A stretch of 64,000 nucleotides of DNA from Eledone cirrhosa (Eukaryota). Positions within the stretch are counted from its first letter, which is position 1. Every line of letters begins with the position of its first letter. The stretch spans positions 255,006,001 through 255,070,000 of the forward strand of contig OZ024743.1 in NCBI GenBank assembly GCA_964016885.1. The letters are read 5' to 3'. Positions 1 through 13,169 of this stretch are shown here, piece after piece. The position numbers were made by a program, and so were the translations under genes. Below the pieces are notes generated by a model that was given only the letters and a program-made list of their open reading frames with translations, made no database searches and was not told where the DNA came from.

Positions 1-345
1 TGTGTATATATATAGATTTATATATATCTATACATACATGTTTTCAACTTGTACAAACATTATTTGGTGACTCGCTCTCCCTAGGGACTGATTTTACATG
101 TTTTTAACCCATTGATATCAAATATTATTTGGCCAGCAGCCCCTGTGTATGTGTAACTATATATATATATAGATATATATATATATATATAATGTAGGAG
201 GTGAGTTTTATTGTAGTACAATAAAGCAATGCAGATATCGGATAAGAAGCACTCTACAGTTTGTAGGACTGGAGTATACATATATAATATATAATATATT
301 ATATTATATATTTATATATATTATACTATATATTATATTATATAT

Positions 346-391
<46 letters not shown>

Positions 392-395
<4 letters not shown>

Positions 396-475
396 TCCAA
401 ATATTTGTTGAGTGCTTTTATATCAGTTATAAATATTTACTCGTTGTAACCCAACAATTTAAATAAAACTTTGCA
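392..475 (+). repeat. Solo 3' tail of the foldback/hammerhead element at 38059-40702
   Basis: tatactccaaatatttgttgagtgcttttatatcagttataaatatttac...aacccaacaatttaaat is a near-identical match to 40618-40702; flanked by (TA)n on both sides. Confidence 0.85.
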
Positions 476-1057
476 TATATATATATATATATATATATTC
501 GTGTGTTTGTGTCCATGTATGTATGCATGCATGAATGAATACAGTAAGCCAGTGACTCCAACTGTTAGCACTAATATATATTTTGGTTTCTATTAATTCC
601 CTAGGGTATTGTTTGACCAAATTCTTTGCTTGGTTGTTTATTTATTTTTAGAAAAATTTTATTCTTTCTCTAAGACAGTTTTTAAACATATTTTTTTAAA
701 GTAAATCATTGGCCCCTAAAATACTACAGAGGACCCCTGCAATGTCACCATGGGCTCCCTGGGTCCCACTTGCCATTGGGCAACCTGGCCAGTCCAGCAA
801 AGAGAGGACAAGACAAGGAACAAAAACAATTTTTTAAGGAGAAACCTTAGAAAATTATTTCATAAAAATATGAACGAAGGACACAGAACTCCAGGGTCAT
901 TGGCCATTGAGGTGGACTTTGGAAACCTCCCCAAATCCCACACATCTCCCTCCATCCAAGTCCCTAGCCCACACTATAAAATGGTTGTGTAAGTGACACA
1001 CAAAAAGCGCCCTGTCCACACTGTAAAGTAGTCATGTAGGTTTGACATGGTCTAGAA

Positions 1058-1355
1058 CAGGTATGGACAACGTTTTTCAAGAAACGGGTCACATGCGATG
1101 TGGTTCATCATCAGGCGGGATGCAAGCGCTAATTTACATTTGTGCCCCCATTAAATAAAAGGGGTTGTAACTCAGGTTGTTTTGATTTGTTTCTTCAGAA
1201 TTCATACACATTGTTTTCCTCGATCGTAAAAATGATAGAAAGATAAATTACGACTTAAAAGTTGGGGTAAAAAAAATAGAGAGTTTTCACTTAGGTGATT
1301 TAGGAGAGCCCTTCAGAAAGCTTGCGGCCCACAGGCCACAGGTTGCCCATGACTG
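1058..1355. mobile_element. hAT (Charlie-like) MITE
   Basis: Terminal inverted repeats CAGGTATGGACAAC...GTTGCCCATGACTG; 8-bp TSD gtctagaa (1050-1057) / gtctaaaa (1356-1363), matching the NTCTAGAN target preference of Charlie elements. Confidence 0.8.
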
Positions 1356-2717
1356 GTCTAAAACATTGTCTGGAACAGAAGGAAACTTTGAGGTTAGGTT
1401 TAATTATTTCTAACACTTACTCGTCTGGAACTATGCTAGCTGAAACCAATCAAAGTTCTATAAATACACACACATATAAGAAATCAGTTTTGTTTGAACC
1501 TGGTAAAGAATAGGTTCTGCTAGGTTTAAATATTCAAGATGTACTGTATGTCAGTGCCCTTCCAACTCCATCAGGAGTTCAAGGCTATGGATGTTTTATT
1601 TTTTATTTTTGTTTGCTCTTCCAATGTCAGTAACTCCTCATTTTTTAATTTATGCCATGCTGAACTGAAAGGTAACTTCCCTGTATATTTTTTCTTTCAT
1701 AATATTACAAATCTCTAATAGTTTGATTTATTGATCCATCCTGAAATTACAGTGAACTGATTAGGAACTTTTATCACATGGAATTTCATGAGATAAACAG
1801 AAGAAAACTTTGAGGTTAGGTTTAGTTATTTCTAACACTTACTGAGTTCTTTTTTTAAGAGATTGTACTTTCTAGAAGGTTACAATAATGCAAATAAGAT
1901 ATTTAATGTCTTATTTGCATTGCTATAGCCTTTAAAACAACAGAAAGAAAACACTATTTTCTACATTTTCAACAATGCTTGAGGCAAACTACAACTTATG
2001 TAAAGAGATTTTATATTTTTCTTCACATGTTTAAAGTTCTATTTCAATGTATTTTCAGCAAATATATTTTCAGCAAACGTGGTTCTTTTTTCTATCTAAG
2101 TTTGTATAAGGGTATTTTATATCATTGGCTGTCTGTTTAACCAGCTTTCTCTTCCACATAAGCATTTTTCTGTTCCTAGGATTCATATTCCTAATATCAA
2201 TACACTTTTTCTCAGTGTAGTTCGCATTGATGGAGTGTGTAGAATCTGTTTAAACAATTGTATGTTATGAAGAAGAAATTCTTGAATAACCAAATAAAAT
2301 CTTGCATAAATGGGGGGTGGAAATCTCACACAGTGATTCCATCTCTTTATTTCAAAATGAACTACAAATGAATAAAAAATGTTTAAACAATTATTAAATT
2401 ATTTTATTTCATCATGTTTATATTATTATTCAAGTCATATGGTAGTAAGTTTTGTAGTCTCTAAAAGCTTTGAAGATGTAAACGGTGTTAGGTAATTAAA
2501 TAATACTTTTCTAGAGTAAGCAAGGGGCATCTTGCATCAGAAATGTGTGTATGTGTATCTGTGATGTGTCTTGAAAACATTCTATGGTAAGCAAATAAAA
2601 TGTTGCAAATTTGAGGGAGAAACATATCAAACAGTGATAGTATATCATTAAAAAACTATTCTAGTGGATTTGTAAAATGTTTATACAATTACTAATTTAT
2701 TATATTATTCCAAAATT

Positions 2718-2853
2718 AATTGTTTCTACTTTAGGCACAAGGCCAGCAATTACCCAGTGCATTACTGGTACTTTATTTTATCGACCCCGTAAGGATGAAA
2801 GGCAAAGTCAACCTCAGCGGGATTTGAACTCAGATCGTAAAGGGACGTAACTA
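2718..2853 (-). mobile_element. tRNA-derived SINE family A (partial)
   Basis: Reverse complement of gagttcaaatcccgc...ctttgcctttcatccttacggggtcgataaaataaagtaccagtaatgcactggg. Confidence 0.85.
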
Positions 2854-3033
2854 TGTCATTATTCAAGTATTATGATAATGTATCTAGTTGTATGTAAAAT
2901 AGTGAAATACATTTTATGGGGTATTATACAGTGATACCATTTCTCTCAAACATATGAAAGCAGATTTCAAAAATGTTTATACCATTTTCAATTTATTATA
3001 TTATTCCAAAATTCTAATGTCATTATTTAACTA

Positions 3034-3248
3034 TGGGCAGTGGGTTGGCAGTATAGGTAAAGCATCAGACAATATGCTTAGCAGTATAGAGTTATGGCCT
3101 TTACATTCTGAGTTCAAATCCCATTGAGTTTAGCTTAACCTTTCATCTGTATGGGGTCGATAAAATGAAGTACCAGTAATGCACTGGGGTTAATTAAATC
3201 GACTTTCCCCTCCATCACAGTTGTTGGTCTTGTGCCTAACTCAGAAAC
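3034..3248 (+). mobile_element. tRNA-derived SINE family A, full length with TSD
   Basis: B box GAGTTCAAATCC and family body; 13-bp TSD cattatttaacta at 3021-3033 and 3249-3261. Confidence 0.9.
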
Positions 3249-3839
3249 CATTATTTAACTACGATGATAATGTGTCTGGTGGTCTACAAAATTGTAAAAC
3301 AGAGAAAATTGGTTATGTAATTATTATTTAAGGATTGCAGGTTTGGCAGAAGCCAGGGTAGAGAGTAATAGTAGTAAAAGAAGAAGAATACTGGGCTATG
3401 CATATTAACCTATGATCATGCCTCAAGGCTTTTAGGTATTTTTATAATCCCACTATAGCAAAAAGGAAATAAAAATAGATAAATAAATAAGTGGGCCCCT
3501 CATATCTGTGTCGCCCATAGTCCACTGTATGAATACAATACAGCTCTGACTCTGAATTTACATTGCTCAAATCTATATCAAAATGAATCATACTCAGTGA
3601 TAGTAACAAATATTATTGATGTTACATTCCAGCACCTCAATGTTTTTGACAATATATTAGATTATTCTGAATCATATTTATATGGTTTTGCTGGAAATGT
3701 GAGGGAGTAACATAAGTTAAATTATTTATTTTCATCTTATATCTGGCAGTTATTATGTTGTTTACAATATATACTCATGAATATACTGAGATATATGTGA
3801 TAAAAAAAGAAAAATCAATGATAAAATGGAGGGAAGGCT

Positions 3840-4012
3840 CATATTTCAACCAATCAGCTACTCCTCACGCCCAAGTATACTTCAACTAATTATCCCATCT
3901 TTCCACAAACATATTTCAACCAATCATTCCATCTCTTCATAGACATCTTTCAACCAGCCATCTCATCTCTCCACAGACATATTTCAACTAATCAGCTCAT
4001 GTTTTCACAAGC
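3840..4012. repeat. 34-bp minisatellite, about 5 units
   Basis: Units resembling CATATTTCAACCAATCATCCCATCTCTCCACAGA start at about 3840, 3876, 3910, 3944 and 3978. Confidence 0.8.
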
Positions 4013-5959
4013 CAATGTTTCAGGCGACTTAAATGTTTAAATAGATATTAAAACTGTTGTTATTTGGAGTTATTTCTCCCACTTCAGAATCCCCATCATT
4101 CTGAATCATAAATCCGACTGAAAACATTATATCTGTTTGAAATATGTTCGTTCCTTTACATTTACATTTTAACACCTTATTACATACATATATGTGCTAT
4201 AACACTGCTTCTATTTAACAGGGACTTTAAACAAAAGACTGTCATAGTCATGCACAAGGGATTCAAACAAAATTTAATTCTTTCTGTAGAGACATTTAAA
4301 TAAGAACAGAAGTTATTTAATAACTTGTGTCTTAATCAAATGGTTAGCATATTGGGCTTTGATCATAAAGCTATGGATTCGATTCCCAGACTTGATAATA
4401 CATTATGTCATTGGCACCCATGAAATTAGCAATATTTTCTTTCCATATATAGATACATAAGAACAATTCAGTGAATAAAATTATGTGAACGTTAAACACC
4501 TGAACTCTGTATGTTTGAATTAAGAATGTATTAGGAAAGATAATACAATGCAAAAAGAAATAGTGGAAATAGAGTAAAGTAAGAATGACAAAAGAATACA
4601 ATAGTGTTTACCCTATATTTCATATTTTGAGGTTAGAACCTTTTAATCAAATGACACAAATTAGATCATCTTGTTTGTGACTGACCATTGATGGAAGTAA
4701 GTCAATAGAAAGGTGATATATACAGACTATTCACAATAGCCAGTTAGCCACATGTAGCTTAGAACTTTTAATAATAAATATATACTTGTTGATAAGATGA
4801 GTATGAATTATTTTCATAGTGTCAACAAGACTGATTTGCTACTCCAGCAGGAGAAATAACCTGAAAATGTTTGTTTGTGTATATGGGATTATGTATATGT
4901 ACACCTGTTTCTACATATGCATGCATGTAGGTGTGTATGTGATTGTACACACATGTGAATGCATATGTGTGTGTGTATGTATGTTTTTGTACACACGTGT
5001 ATGATTTTAATAAATCCACATCATTTTTCATCTAATCATCACTACTACTGATGCTATCAACAACAACAACTACATTATAAAGACAGTGTTGTGTTTTCTT
5101 TATGAACTGTGTCAGTGTGAATGCATATATGGATATGAGTGTGGGAATATTTACACATATGTTCGTATGTGCATGTATTTAATAATTCTACACCATTATA
5201 AATCTTATAACCATAATCCCTACTACCAATGTCATTACAACATCAATGTCACCACCATCACCAGTTTCATAACACTACCATCAATGTCATTAAACCACTA
5301 CTACTACTACCAATGTTATTATACCAACATCAATTATTTTGGAGGGAAGTGTGCTGGTAGGCATTAACTGTGCACCATATGTTTGACAATAATGACAATG
5401 TAACTAAATCTGTGATTAATTTTGTCATTCAATTCATTGAAAACCACAGCTTAGCTCAATAAGACATTGTATGAAGTCACAGTTTGGAAATCCCTCAGTC
5501 CCTATATTAAGTGTTTTAACATAATGTTTGCTGCTTTCTGGAATTGAGGAACTGAAAACAAAGTCATTGAATCTCCTGCTGTATCTAGAGTCCTTGATCA
5601 GTGGAGATTTGAAAACATTAGTTTCTATGGCTTGCTTTTCTCTTCTTACTTAAGGCCTTGAACACCTGATGAAGTTGTAGCTGTGTCTTAGGTATCTAAA
5701 GCTGTTGAAGCTCATCATTTCTCACCATGTCTGATCACAACCAATGTATTCCAGAAAGAAAAAAAAGAGAGTGAGAAAACTCAACAAATACTTGTGTGGC
5801 AAAGTTTGACCTCAGCAGAATTTGAACTATATATGAGGGCAGAGAGCTGAAACAAACACCATCTAGCATCTAATCAATTTCTCTAATGGTTCTGCTACTT
5901 TTCTGTCCTTTGCACACTTTATCCACTGTGTCCCCACAAAAAAAAAAAAAAAAAATTCT

Positions 5960-6450
5960 ACCAAAGAAATGGTGAAACTATCCAAATATAAAGTTCTAGA
6001 GTTAGAAATAACCTGAATGTGAATGATGTAGAAAGAAACAATACCTATAATAATAGGTGCTCAGGGAATGAGGAAAAAAAACACACACAGACAACAGATA
6101 CATTACCAAAACACCAGGACTTACAGATATATACAGTATATAGATATTAGTATTATTAAGCACAAGGGCGGTTTGGCAATTTCGGTAGAGAGTCGGATAC
6201 CATGATTTTCAGTATAGAGTTACGGCCCTTTACGGTCTGAGTTCAAATCCTGCCAAGGTTAACTTTGCTTTTCATCCTTATGGGGTCGATAAAATAAAGT
6301 ACCTGTAATACACTGGGTATTTGATGGCCTTGTGACAAAAGTAGAAACAATTATTAAACACTACACACATATTATAAGGAGTACTTTCAATACAATAGAA
6401 ACAACAACACAAAACCACAATACACATACCCAAGGGGAACAGACTTACAC
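5960..6450 (+). mobile_element. Degenerate 3' end of an R4/Dong-like (restriction-like endonuclease) LINE, interrupted by a SINE
   Basis: Translates as KEMVKLSKYKVLELEIT*M*...TIPIIIGAQGM, resembling the EKxxKYxDLxxEIxxMW...PIIIGALG end of RLE LINEs; resumes after the SINE as HIIRST. Confidence 0.6.
6164..6355 (+). mobile_element. SINE family A
   Basis: B box and family body; flanked by ttattaagcac / ttattaaacac TSD-like repeats. Confidence 0.9.
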
Positions 6451-6475
6451 TTGCTAATGCAATGATGATGCACAA

Positions 6476-6668
6476 AATAATTGTTTCTACTTTCGGCACA
6501 AGGCCAGCAATTATCACAGTACATTACTGGTACGTTATTTTATCGACTCCGTAAGGATGAAAGGCAAAGTTGACCTCGGCGGGATTTGAACTCAGACCAT
6601 AAGGGGCCGTAACTCTTTGCTGTAAAGCATGGCGTCAGACCCTCTACCGATACTGCCAATCCACCACC
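6476..6668 (-). mobile_element. SINE family A
   Basis: Reverse complement of the family consensus; convergent with the 6164-6355 copy. Confidence 0.9.
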
Positions 6669-9647
6669 TGATGATGATAATAAAATAATAATAATAATGA
6701 TAATGATTTCATTTATTAGCCACAAGAGCCGACATGTAGGGGACAATACAATGACAGGGACAGTGGGGGTTTACAATAAGGTCGAGTAAAAGTGCACAAT
6801 GGCAAGAATAATTTAATGATGAAAATATAAAATAAACTATGCATAAATATAACAAAATAAATTCCCCTATCGGGGGTGGACGACCCTGGAGTGACTCGGG
6901 TACCCCACCAATCCTGAACCACCCTGCGCTTCTAGGGCACCCAGGGAGAACACCCCTCTCCTCAAGTTAGCTAGCCTATAGGCGCATGGTCAGAGTAGGC
7001 CCATTCACACAGACCATTCTCACCACATTCATCCACCTTTTAGCAAATGTATGGGGGGGGGGGTCATCACTTCTCTCTCCACCCTCACCTTCCTTTTCAG
7101 GTGAAACTTGAAGAAGTTGATGAGGGATTGGCTGAAGAGAAAAGTGTCTGTCTTCAGTCCTTTTAATCTGGTGCACCATATAACCTCTTTCACAACGGCC
7201 ACCAGACAGAGGAAAATTGCCTGCTCTTCCTGACCTAAGGAAGGCAGGGGATCGATCTTCACTATGGATTCGGCCGATAGCCGGAGCTGTTCCACACGCA
7301 ACAGTAGCTGTTCGACATAACTCCACAAGTCAGTAATGCACGGACATTGGACAAGTGCATGCAGAACAGTTTTGTCGCTCTGTGCGCATCTTGGGCAGGT
7401 CCATCTGACAGCACTTCCGTGCTTGTAGAGTATATTCTGAACTGGCTGTGCCCCCCAGTAGCACTGCCAAGCGAGGGATTTCTGGAAATTGTCCATCGTC
7501 TCCTGCTCGAATGTCCTCCCGCACAGACTGGTAAGTTCGACTTCGTCGAGGCCCAAAGCTTCTCCGAGTGCATCATCACACTTGCCCACCACTAATCCTC
7601 TATAGAACTTGAGAGTTGAAGTTCCACTGATCGCATTGCCCGCTTGGTAGAGGGAAGTGAGTGCCTTGCAACATTCCAGGTGCCAGTCACGCAGTCTCGG
7701 TTTCTTCTTGACCTAGAACTGCAGCTCAGTCAAAGAAACAAGCTATGGAAAGGCGTGTCTGATAAACGGTGACCACACCTGTTCACCATTTAGGCAGAAT
7801 ATCTGGAGATGTCGCAGCCTCAGCGCATGTCTGCGCATCATTAGCCATGGTATGCCCAGCCCTCCGCATAGAGGGTGCTGGCAGCAGATGGACTGCCTCA
7901 CCAACGGAACTTGTCCTTTCCACAAGAATTTGAAGAGGAGCTGTTCCAACTTGATGAGGCACAGACGGGGGCAAGGCACGACGGTCAGGTGGTAGTAGAT
8001 GACGGATGCGATGAAACCATTCGCCACCTCCGTGCGACCTTTCAGTGATGGCTTTCTCCCAGCCCATTTTTGGGTGAGACTGGCTACTCTGCTCGTTACC
8101 TCATCCCAATTCTTTTCCACCTGAAGGTCTAGTCTGAACCAAACCCGAGCAACTTTACTGGTCCATCCGTCCAGCACCCCACGACACTGTTGGATAGCAT
8201 AGGCTTGCCTCTCCAGGTTCCGAGCTGCAAGCCCACCGACTTTTCTGGGTTAATTTTGGCTCCTGTCAACCTTTCATATTCCTTCAATAAGGTGCCGACC
8301 ACCTCGATTTCTGAGGTGTTCAACACCATTATGGTGATGTCATCCGCATAAGCCGACACCTCCTTTCCACATCCCATTTCGAGTGGCATGCCCTGCAACA
8401 GCTCCAGCTTTCGCATAAAGGCTCGAGAGTCTATACGTACAGAAGGGAAGAGAGAGGCCACCCTTGATGGAGCGATCGGGGGAGCCAAAATGGTTCCGAG
8501 AGGTGGCCATTAACCTTGACCACTGAGCGTGTGCCGCTGTGCATTGTAGCGATCCAACTTCTGAAGACAGGGCTGAAGCCAGCTGCTTTGAGGACAGACT
8601 CCAGATACCGATGGTCGAACCTATCAAATGCTTTCGATTGATCTAAATTGATCAGTGCCCCACCGAAGCCAGGTTTACACCCTACCCACTCTATGATGTA
8701 TCGCATGAGGAGGAGATTGTCGTGTATGGACCTGGCTGGGATTGCACAAGTTTGCGCCTCCCCAACCAAATCCTCGACGACAAGCACCAATCTCTTTGCT
8801 AACACCTTGGCTAAAATCTTAAACTCTGTGTTGAACAGAGTTATGGGCCTGAAGTTGTCTAATGTATCCCTCTTGTTCTCGTCTTTCCTTATCAGCGTCA
8901 CCACTTCCCTGCTCACAGGACTGGGAATACTCCCATTCTGCTGCCAGTTGCAGTAGAGTGCTTCGAGGAGATCGGAGAACAAGTCTGCAATATTTATGTA
9001 AAGCTCCTAGGGCAGGCCATTCAAACCGGGTGACTTGCGCCTCATGCAGCCGACAAAGGCGTCCTGAATTTCGGATGAAGTAATTGGCCTTTCACAGCGC
9101 TCAGCATCGACCATCGAGATGCGCGGCAAGCCGTCAAGGTAGGGACTGAAATCCGCTACTCTCTCTGACTCGTCACTCTCCCCGAACAACCAAGCAAAGT
9201 GCTGGCGAAAGGCCTCACACATCCGCTTGGAATCACTCATGTCCGTCTCTCTCCGCCAAAGACCGAATTGTGGTTTTATTCCCACGCTGAGCCTCTGCCA
9301 TGCAGGCAGGCCCATTGAACAGCTTTGGTTCCCTCATTTCTCAGCACATGCGCCTTAGCTCTGACAATGCAACCTTCATGTTTCGCATTGAAGAAATGGT
9401 CTAATGCCATTCTTGCCACTAGCACGTCAAATAGCCTTGTCTAACTTATCTACCAGCTCCCCCTCCTTTCTATTTTTCTCTAATGCTAGTTCTTTGCTGA
9501 ACTCTATCGAAGTTACTCTAATCTCTCTTTTGAGAGCCGCCCCACTATCTGTTGTTGATGATCCCCTGTCAACTTTTGCTTAACTAAATGGTTGACTCGG
9601 TCCCTGTAATGTAAACCTTACGAGCCGGAAATGACATGTTCAGCATC
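6669..9647 (-). mobile_element. 5'-truncated Tx1/L1-clade LINE (RT plus CCHC zinc knuckle), frameshifted
   Basis: Overlapping minus-strand ORFs with KSPGLNGLP, RPITLFNTEFKILAK, LINLDQSKAFDR, QGWPLS, AYADDIT and C-terminal CPRC...HALVQC; 3' UTR with AATAAA then an (ATT)n tail near 6670-6710; clearly more GC-rich than the flanks. Confidence 0.9.
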
Positions 9648-10296
9648 AAAAAAAAAAAAAAAAAAATAATAATAATAATGGTTTTTGATTTAGGCACAAG
9701 GCTGGTACTGGAAGAATGAAAGGCAAATTCGGCTTTGTCAGAGTTGGAACTCAGAACTCAGGAAGACATAACTAAATGCTGCAAAGCATTTTGTCTGATG
9801 CTCTAATGATTCTGCCAATAGTAGTAGCCGTAAATTTGATTTGTAATGTATTTTAAAATTTGATTTGCTGGTAAAATTTTGGAAGGAAATTGTTAAAGTG
9901 TTAATGCAACTACTAAAAACTATTAGACACCAATTTATTTAAACACCAAATAACAAAAAAGATAAAAAGACAGTAGTATAAACATATAAAGGGGAGGAGG
10001 AATGTGTGTGCACATTTATGTGTGCATGTGTGTGTACATGTGCATGTGAGTGTGTGTGATATATGAACTAGTTTTGAAACTTGTCCACAGGGATGAGTGT
10101 GAGTTAATTGGCTTGAAAGAAATATTTTTAAAGTATTGAAATATGCAAAAAAAAAAAAAAAGTGAAACAAACATTAAATTATATATGTGTGTTTATTATT
10201 AATCTTATATATATATAAACACTGTATATTTATATATATTTGTGTGTATGTGTGTAAATATATAACACCAATAATACATGTATACACACACACAAG

Positions 10297-10344
<48 letters not shown>

Positions 10345-10744
10345 CATATATATATATATATTCGCACACATACATACTTAAACAAAATCAAATTTTCCTA
10401 CATTTGCGGAAACAGAGGAGAGTAATATAATAGATTTTAAAATATTTCTTTTAATTAATGTGCTACATTTTCTTCTGTTTTTGTTATACTTAATCTTTAT
10501 TATTTTTCTATGTAATTATTTCTATATCTTCATATTGTTGTTCATATATCTTGGGAGTTTCTAAAACCCATTATATAAACCATCGAAGTTTCATGGAATA
10601 ATTTGCTTTCAACCCCAAATCTGATTTCAGGAGAAAATAGAAACAATGTATTGTATAGTATCTGATAAGGTGTCTGAGTGTCTGATATGGTGTTTGTTAA
10701 TTTGTATGGAATTTGATAGATCATTTGTGTCTGATAGATTGTAT

Positions 10745-11235
10745 GGTGTCTTATAGATTGTATGATGTCTGATAGACGTGATGGTTTCTACATGAGAAGT
10801 GCAATGTTGTATGACAATGAGACATGGACAGTAAATGCAGAAGATACACAAAGGTTGGAGAGAAATGAACTGAGCTTGCTTCATTGGATGTGTAATGTTA
10901 GTGTGCATGAATGATGAATTATGGAGGGTCTTATAAAAAAATTAAGTATAAGAAGAATCTAAAGTGTAGTGCTGGAGAGATTTCACTTGTATGAATATGT
11001 TATGCATTTGGAAGATGATCTTTGTGCGAATGTGTGAAGAAGGGACAGGAATTCCAAGTGGAAAGAAGTTGTTGTAGAGGAAGACTAAAAGGTTGTGGGC
11101 AATGGTGGAAAATGTTGATCTCAAGAAACTACACTTCAAAAAGGATAGAACCAGCTGTTAGGAAGACGATTTGTCTAACCCACACAAGCCTGTAAAAATA
11201 AAAGACAAATGTAATGTATAAACAATAATAATGGT
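10745..11235 (+). mobile_element. Degenerate RTE LINE 3' fragment
   Basis: Similar to the RLERNE..MLRWMCN...WWAMVENVDLK region and the ctaacccac tail of the other RTE copies. Confidence 0.65.
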
Positions 11236-11285
11236 GATGCTGTTCATGATTTCTTCTTTCTCCCCACCCTTCCTCACATTTTCAG

Positions 11286-11321
11286 GCTGATATGTGATAG
11301 TTTTACAAAGCTTATTGCAAG
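11286..11321 (+). other. Candidate 36-nt symmetric micro-exon of an unidentified host gene (LICDSFTKLIA)
   Basis: Long polypyrimidine tract ttcttctttctccccacccttcctcacattttcag, then 36 nt open in the phase 2-2 frame, then a consensus AAG|GTAAGT donor. Confidence 0.4.
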
Positions 11322-12521
11322 GTAAGTAAGAAGGAAGCTTCATTGTTTGTTTTTATCAAAGGTGTTTGTGAAAATTGTTGGAGATTCTCAATGTTGATCA
11401 CAATCACTTCACTATCGGTGAAATTTTCTGCACTGAACAAAAATGTTAATGACTTTGCTGACATTGAAAACAAAAAGATACAGGTGATAGATTACACACC
11501 TGCGAAACATTGTGTGACTTTCTCAGAATTACAAAGGGAGTCTTTAGTTTATAAACATAAATACGACAAATAAGTACATAAATAAACCCTAACATAACCA
11601 TGAATTATCGTTGGCACACAAGTTTTGATGGATGATCTGGTATAGATGGAGGGATCATTGATGGTTGGCATGGAAGATGTAGGGGTGTTCTTTCCTTAGC
11701 ATTAGAACATGATAAATGGAAATGTCTTGTTCATTTAATGTTATCGTTGTGAAATGTAGGTAGAGGGGAAAGTAAAATATGTATCTATCCAATGAAATAA
11801 TGATGATGACGAAAACATGGGGATGGAGATGTTGACCATGATGATGATCATAGCAATGATAACCCCGATTGGACTGGTTCTGGAAAATGATTACATAAAA
11901 ACAATACAGAAGCTGTTTTGTTATTTTAATTTTTTAAATCTGTTGTATGTATGTATATACCAGCATCATTATAACTGTTATCTTTGTTTTTACATCCACT
12001 TTTCCATGCTTGTATGGGGTGGATGAGACTTTTTCAGGCAATGTTTTATAGCTGGATCCACTTTCTGACACCAAACATTTTAGTCACCTCGTGTGACACA
12101 ATATATATGTCATCATCATCGTTTGTATATCGAAACTTCCATGCTCGCATTAGTTGGACAGGAATTTTTCTGGCTATAATGTACAGCTAGATGCCCTTCC
12201 TGAGACCACTTCTTTTAGTTGCTTCTAACAACATGCAAAGATACAGTGCCTATTCTAAATAAATATATGATATATATATATATTTGTCTGTGAATGTCTA
12301 ATTTGTGTGTTGTGTGGAGGTCTGTTAGGTACATGTTATATATGTTTTGTATATGACCATTGTATATTCGCTTGTGTTTCTGAGTGTGTAAATGAGTGTG
12401 CTCCTTTCTTCTATCGCTGAGTGCTGCTTGAAGACAACCGGGCAAATTCAATTCATTCACGCACATACAGTCACAATTTCAAACACAACAGCATGAAAAA
12501 TAAATATCAAACAAATGTATA

Positions 12522-12860
12522 TCATCATCATCATCATTTCATTTTACGTCCGCTTTTCCCTGCTTGCAAGGGTGGGACGGGAACTGATTCTGGCTTGCTT
12601 TCTACAGCTGGATGCCCTTCCTAACACCAACCTCATTTACAGTGAGTGCTGGGTGATTTTTTTTCCGTGGCACCTCCACAACCACTTTGCAGTGGAATGA
12701 TAGGGACCCCAGTCCCTATCATCTCATTTCTACAGCTGAGTAAACTGGAGCAATGTGAAATAAAGTGTCTTGCTCAAGGAAACAACACATCACCCGGTCT
12801 GAGAATTGAACTCACAACCTTTCGATTGCAAGGCCAATGCTCTAACCACTAAGCCATATG
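12522..12860 (-). mobile_element. tRNA-derived CORE-like SINE family B with RTE-derived tail
   Basis: Near-identical reverse complement of 34718-35056: A/B boxes, ccttgagcaagacactt CORE-like motif, (ATG)n tail. Confidence 0.92.
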
Positions 12861-13169
12861 TGTGTGTGTGTGTGTGTGTGTCTACATATATATATATATA
12901 TGTTATGTGTGTGTGTGTATGTGTCTATATATATAAATATATTCTATCGCTTTTACTTGCTTTAAACATTAGACTGCCATGCTGGTGCACTGCCTTCATT
13001 CAATTGTATTTAAATCAGTACTTTTTTATAAATTCTTATATTATTTTTACAATCACTTTTTGGTTAAGCTGTTAATTTATGGGTCATAAACATAGATACA
13101 AACATATGTATAGACATGGAGACACATACATGCAGACATACACACACACATACATGTGATAGCTATGAC

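Larger units (their letters stand above)
2310..3330. repeat. Old diverged tandem repeat (about 3 units) interrupted by two SINEs
   Basis: Recurrent acagtgat...aaaatgtttatacaatt...tattattccaaaatt...cattattcaag blocks near 2330, 2630 and 2930. Confidence 0.55.

Noticed and set aside
7347-9083. Plus-strand ORFs overlapping the Tx1 element (and 36066-37941 over the PLE)
   Set aside because: Antisense shadows of retroelement coding sequence
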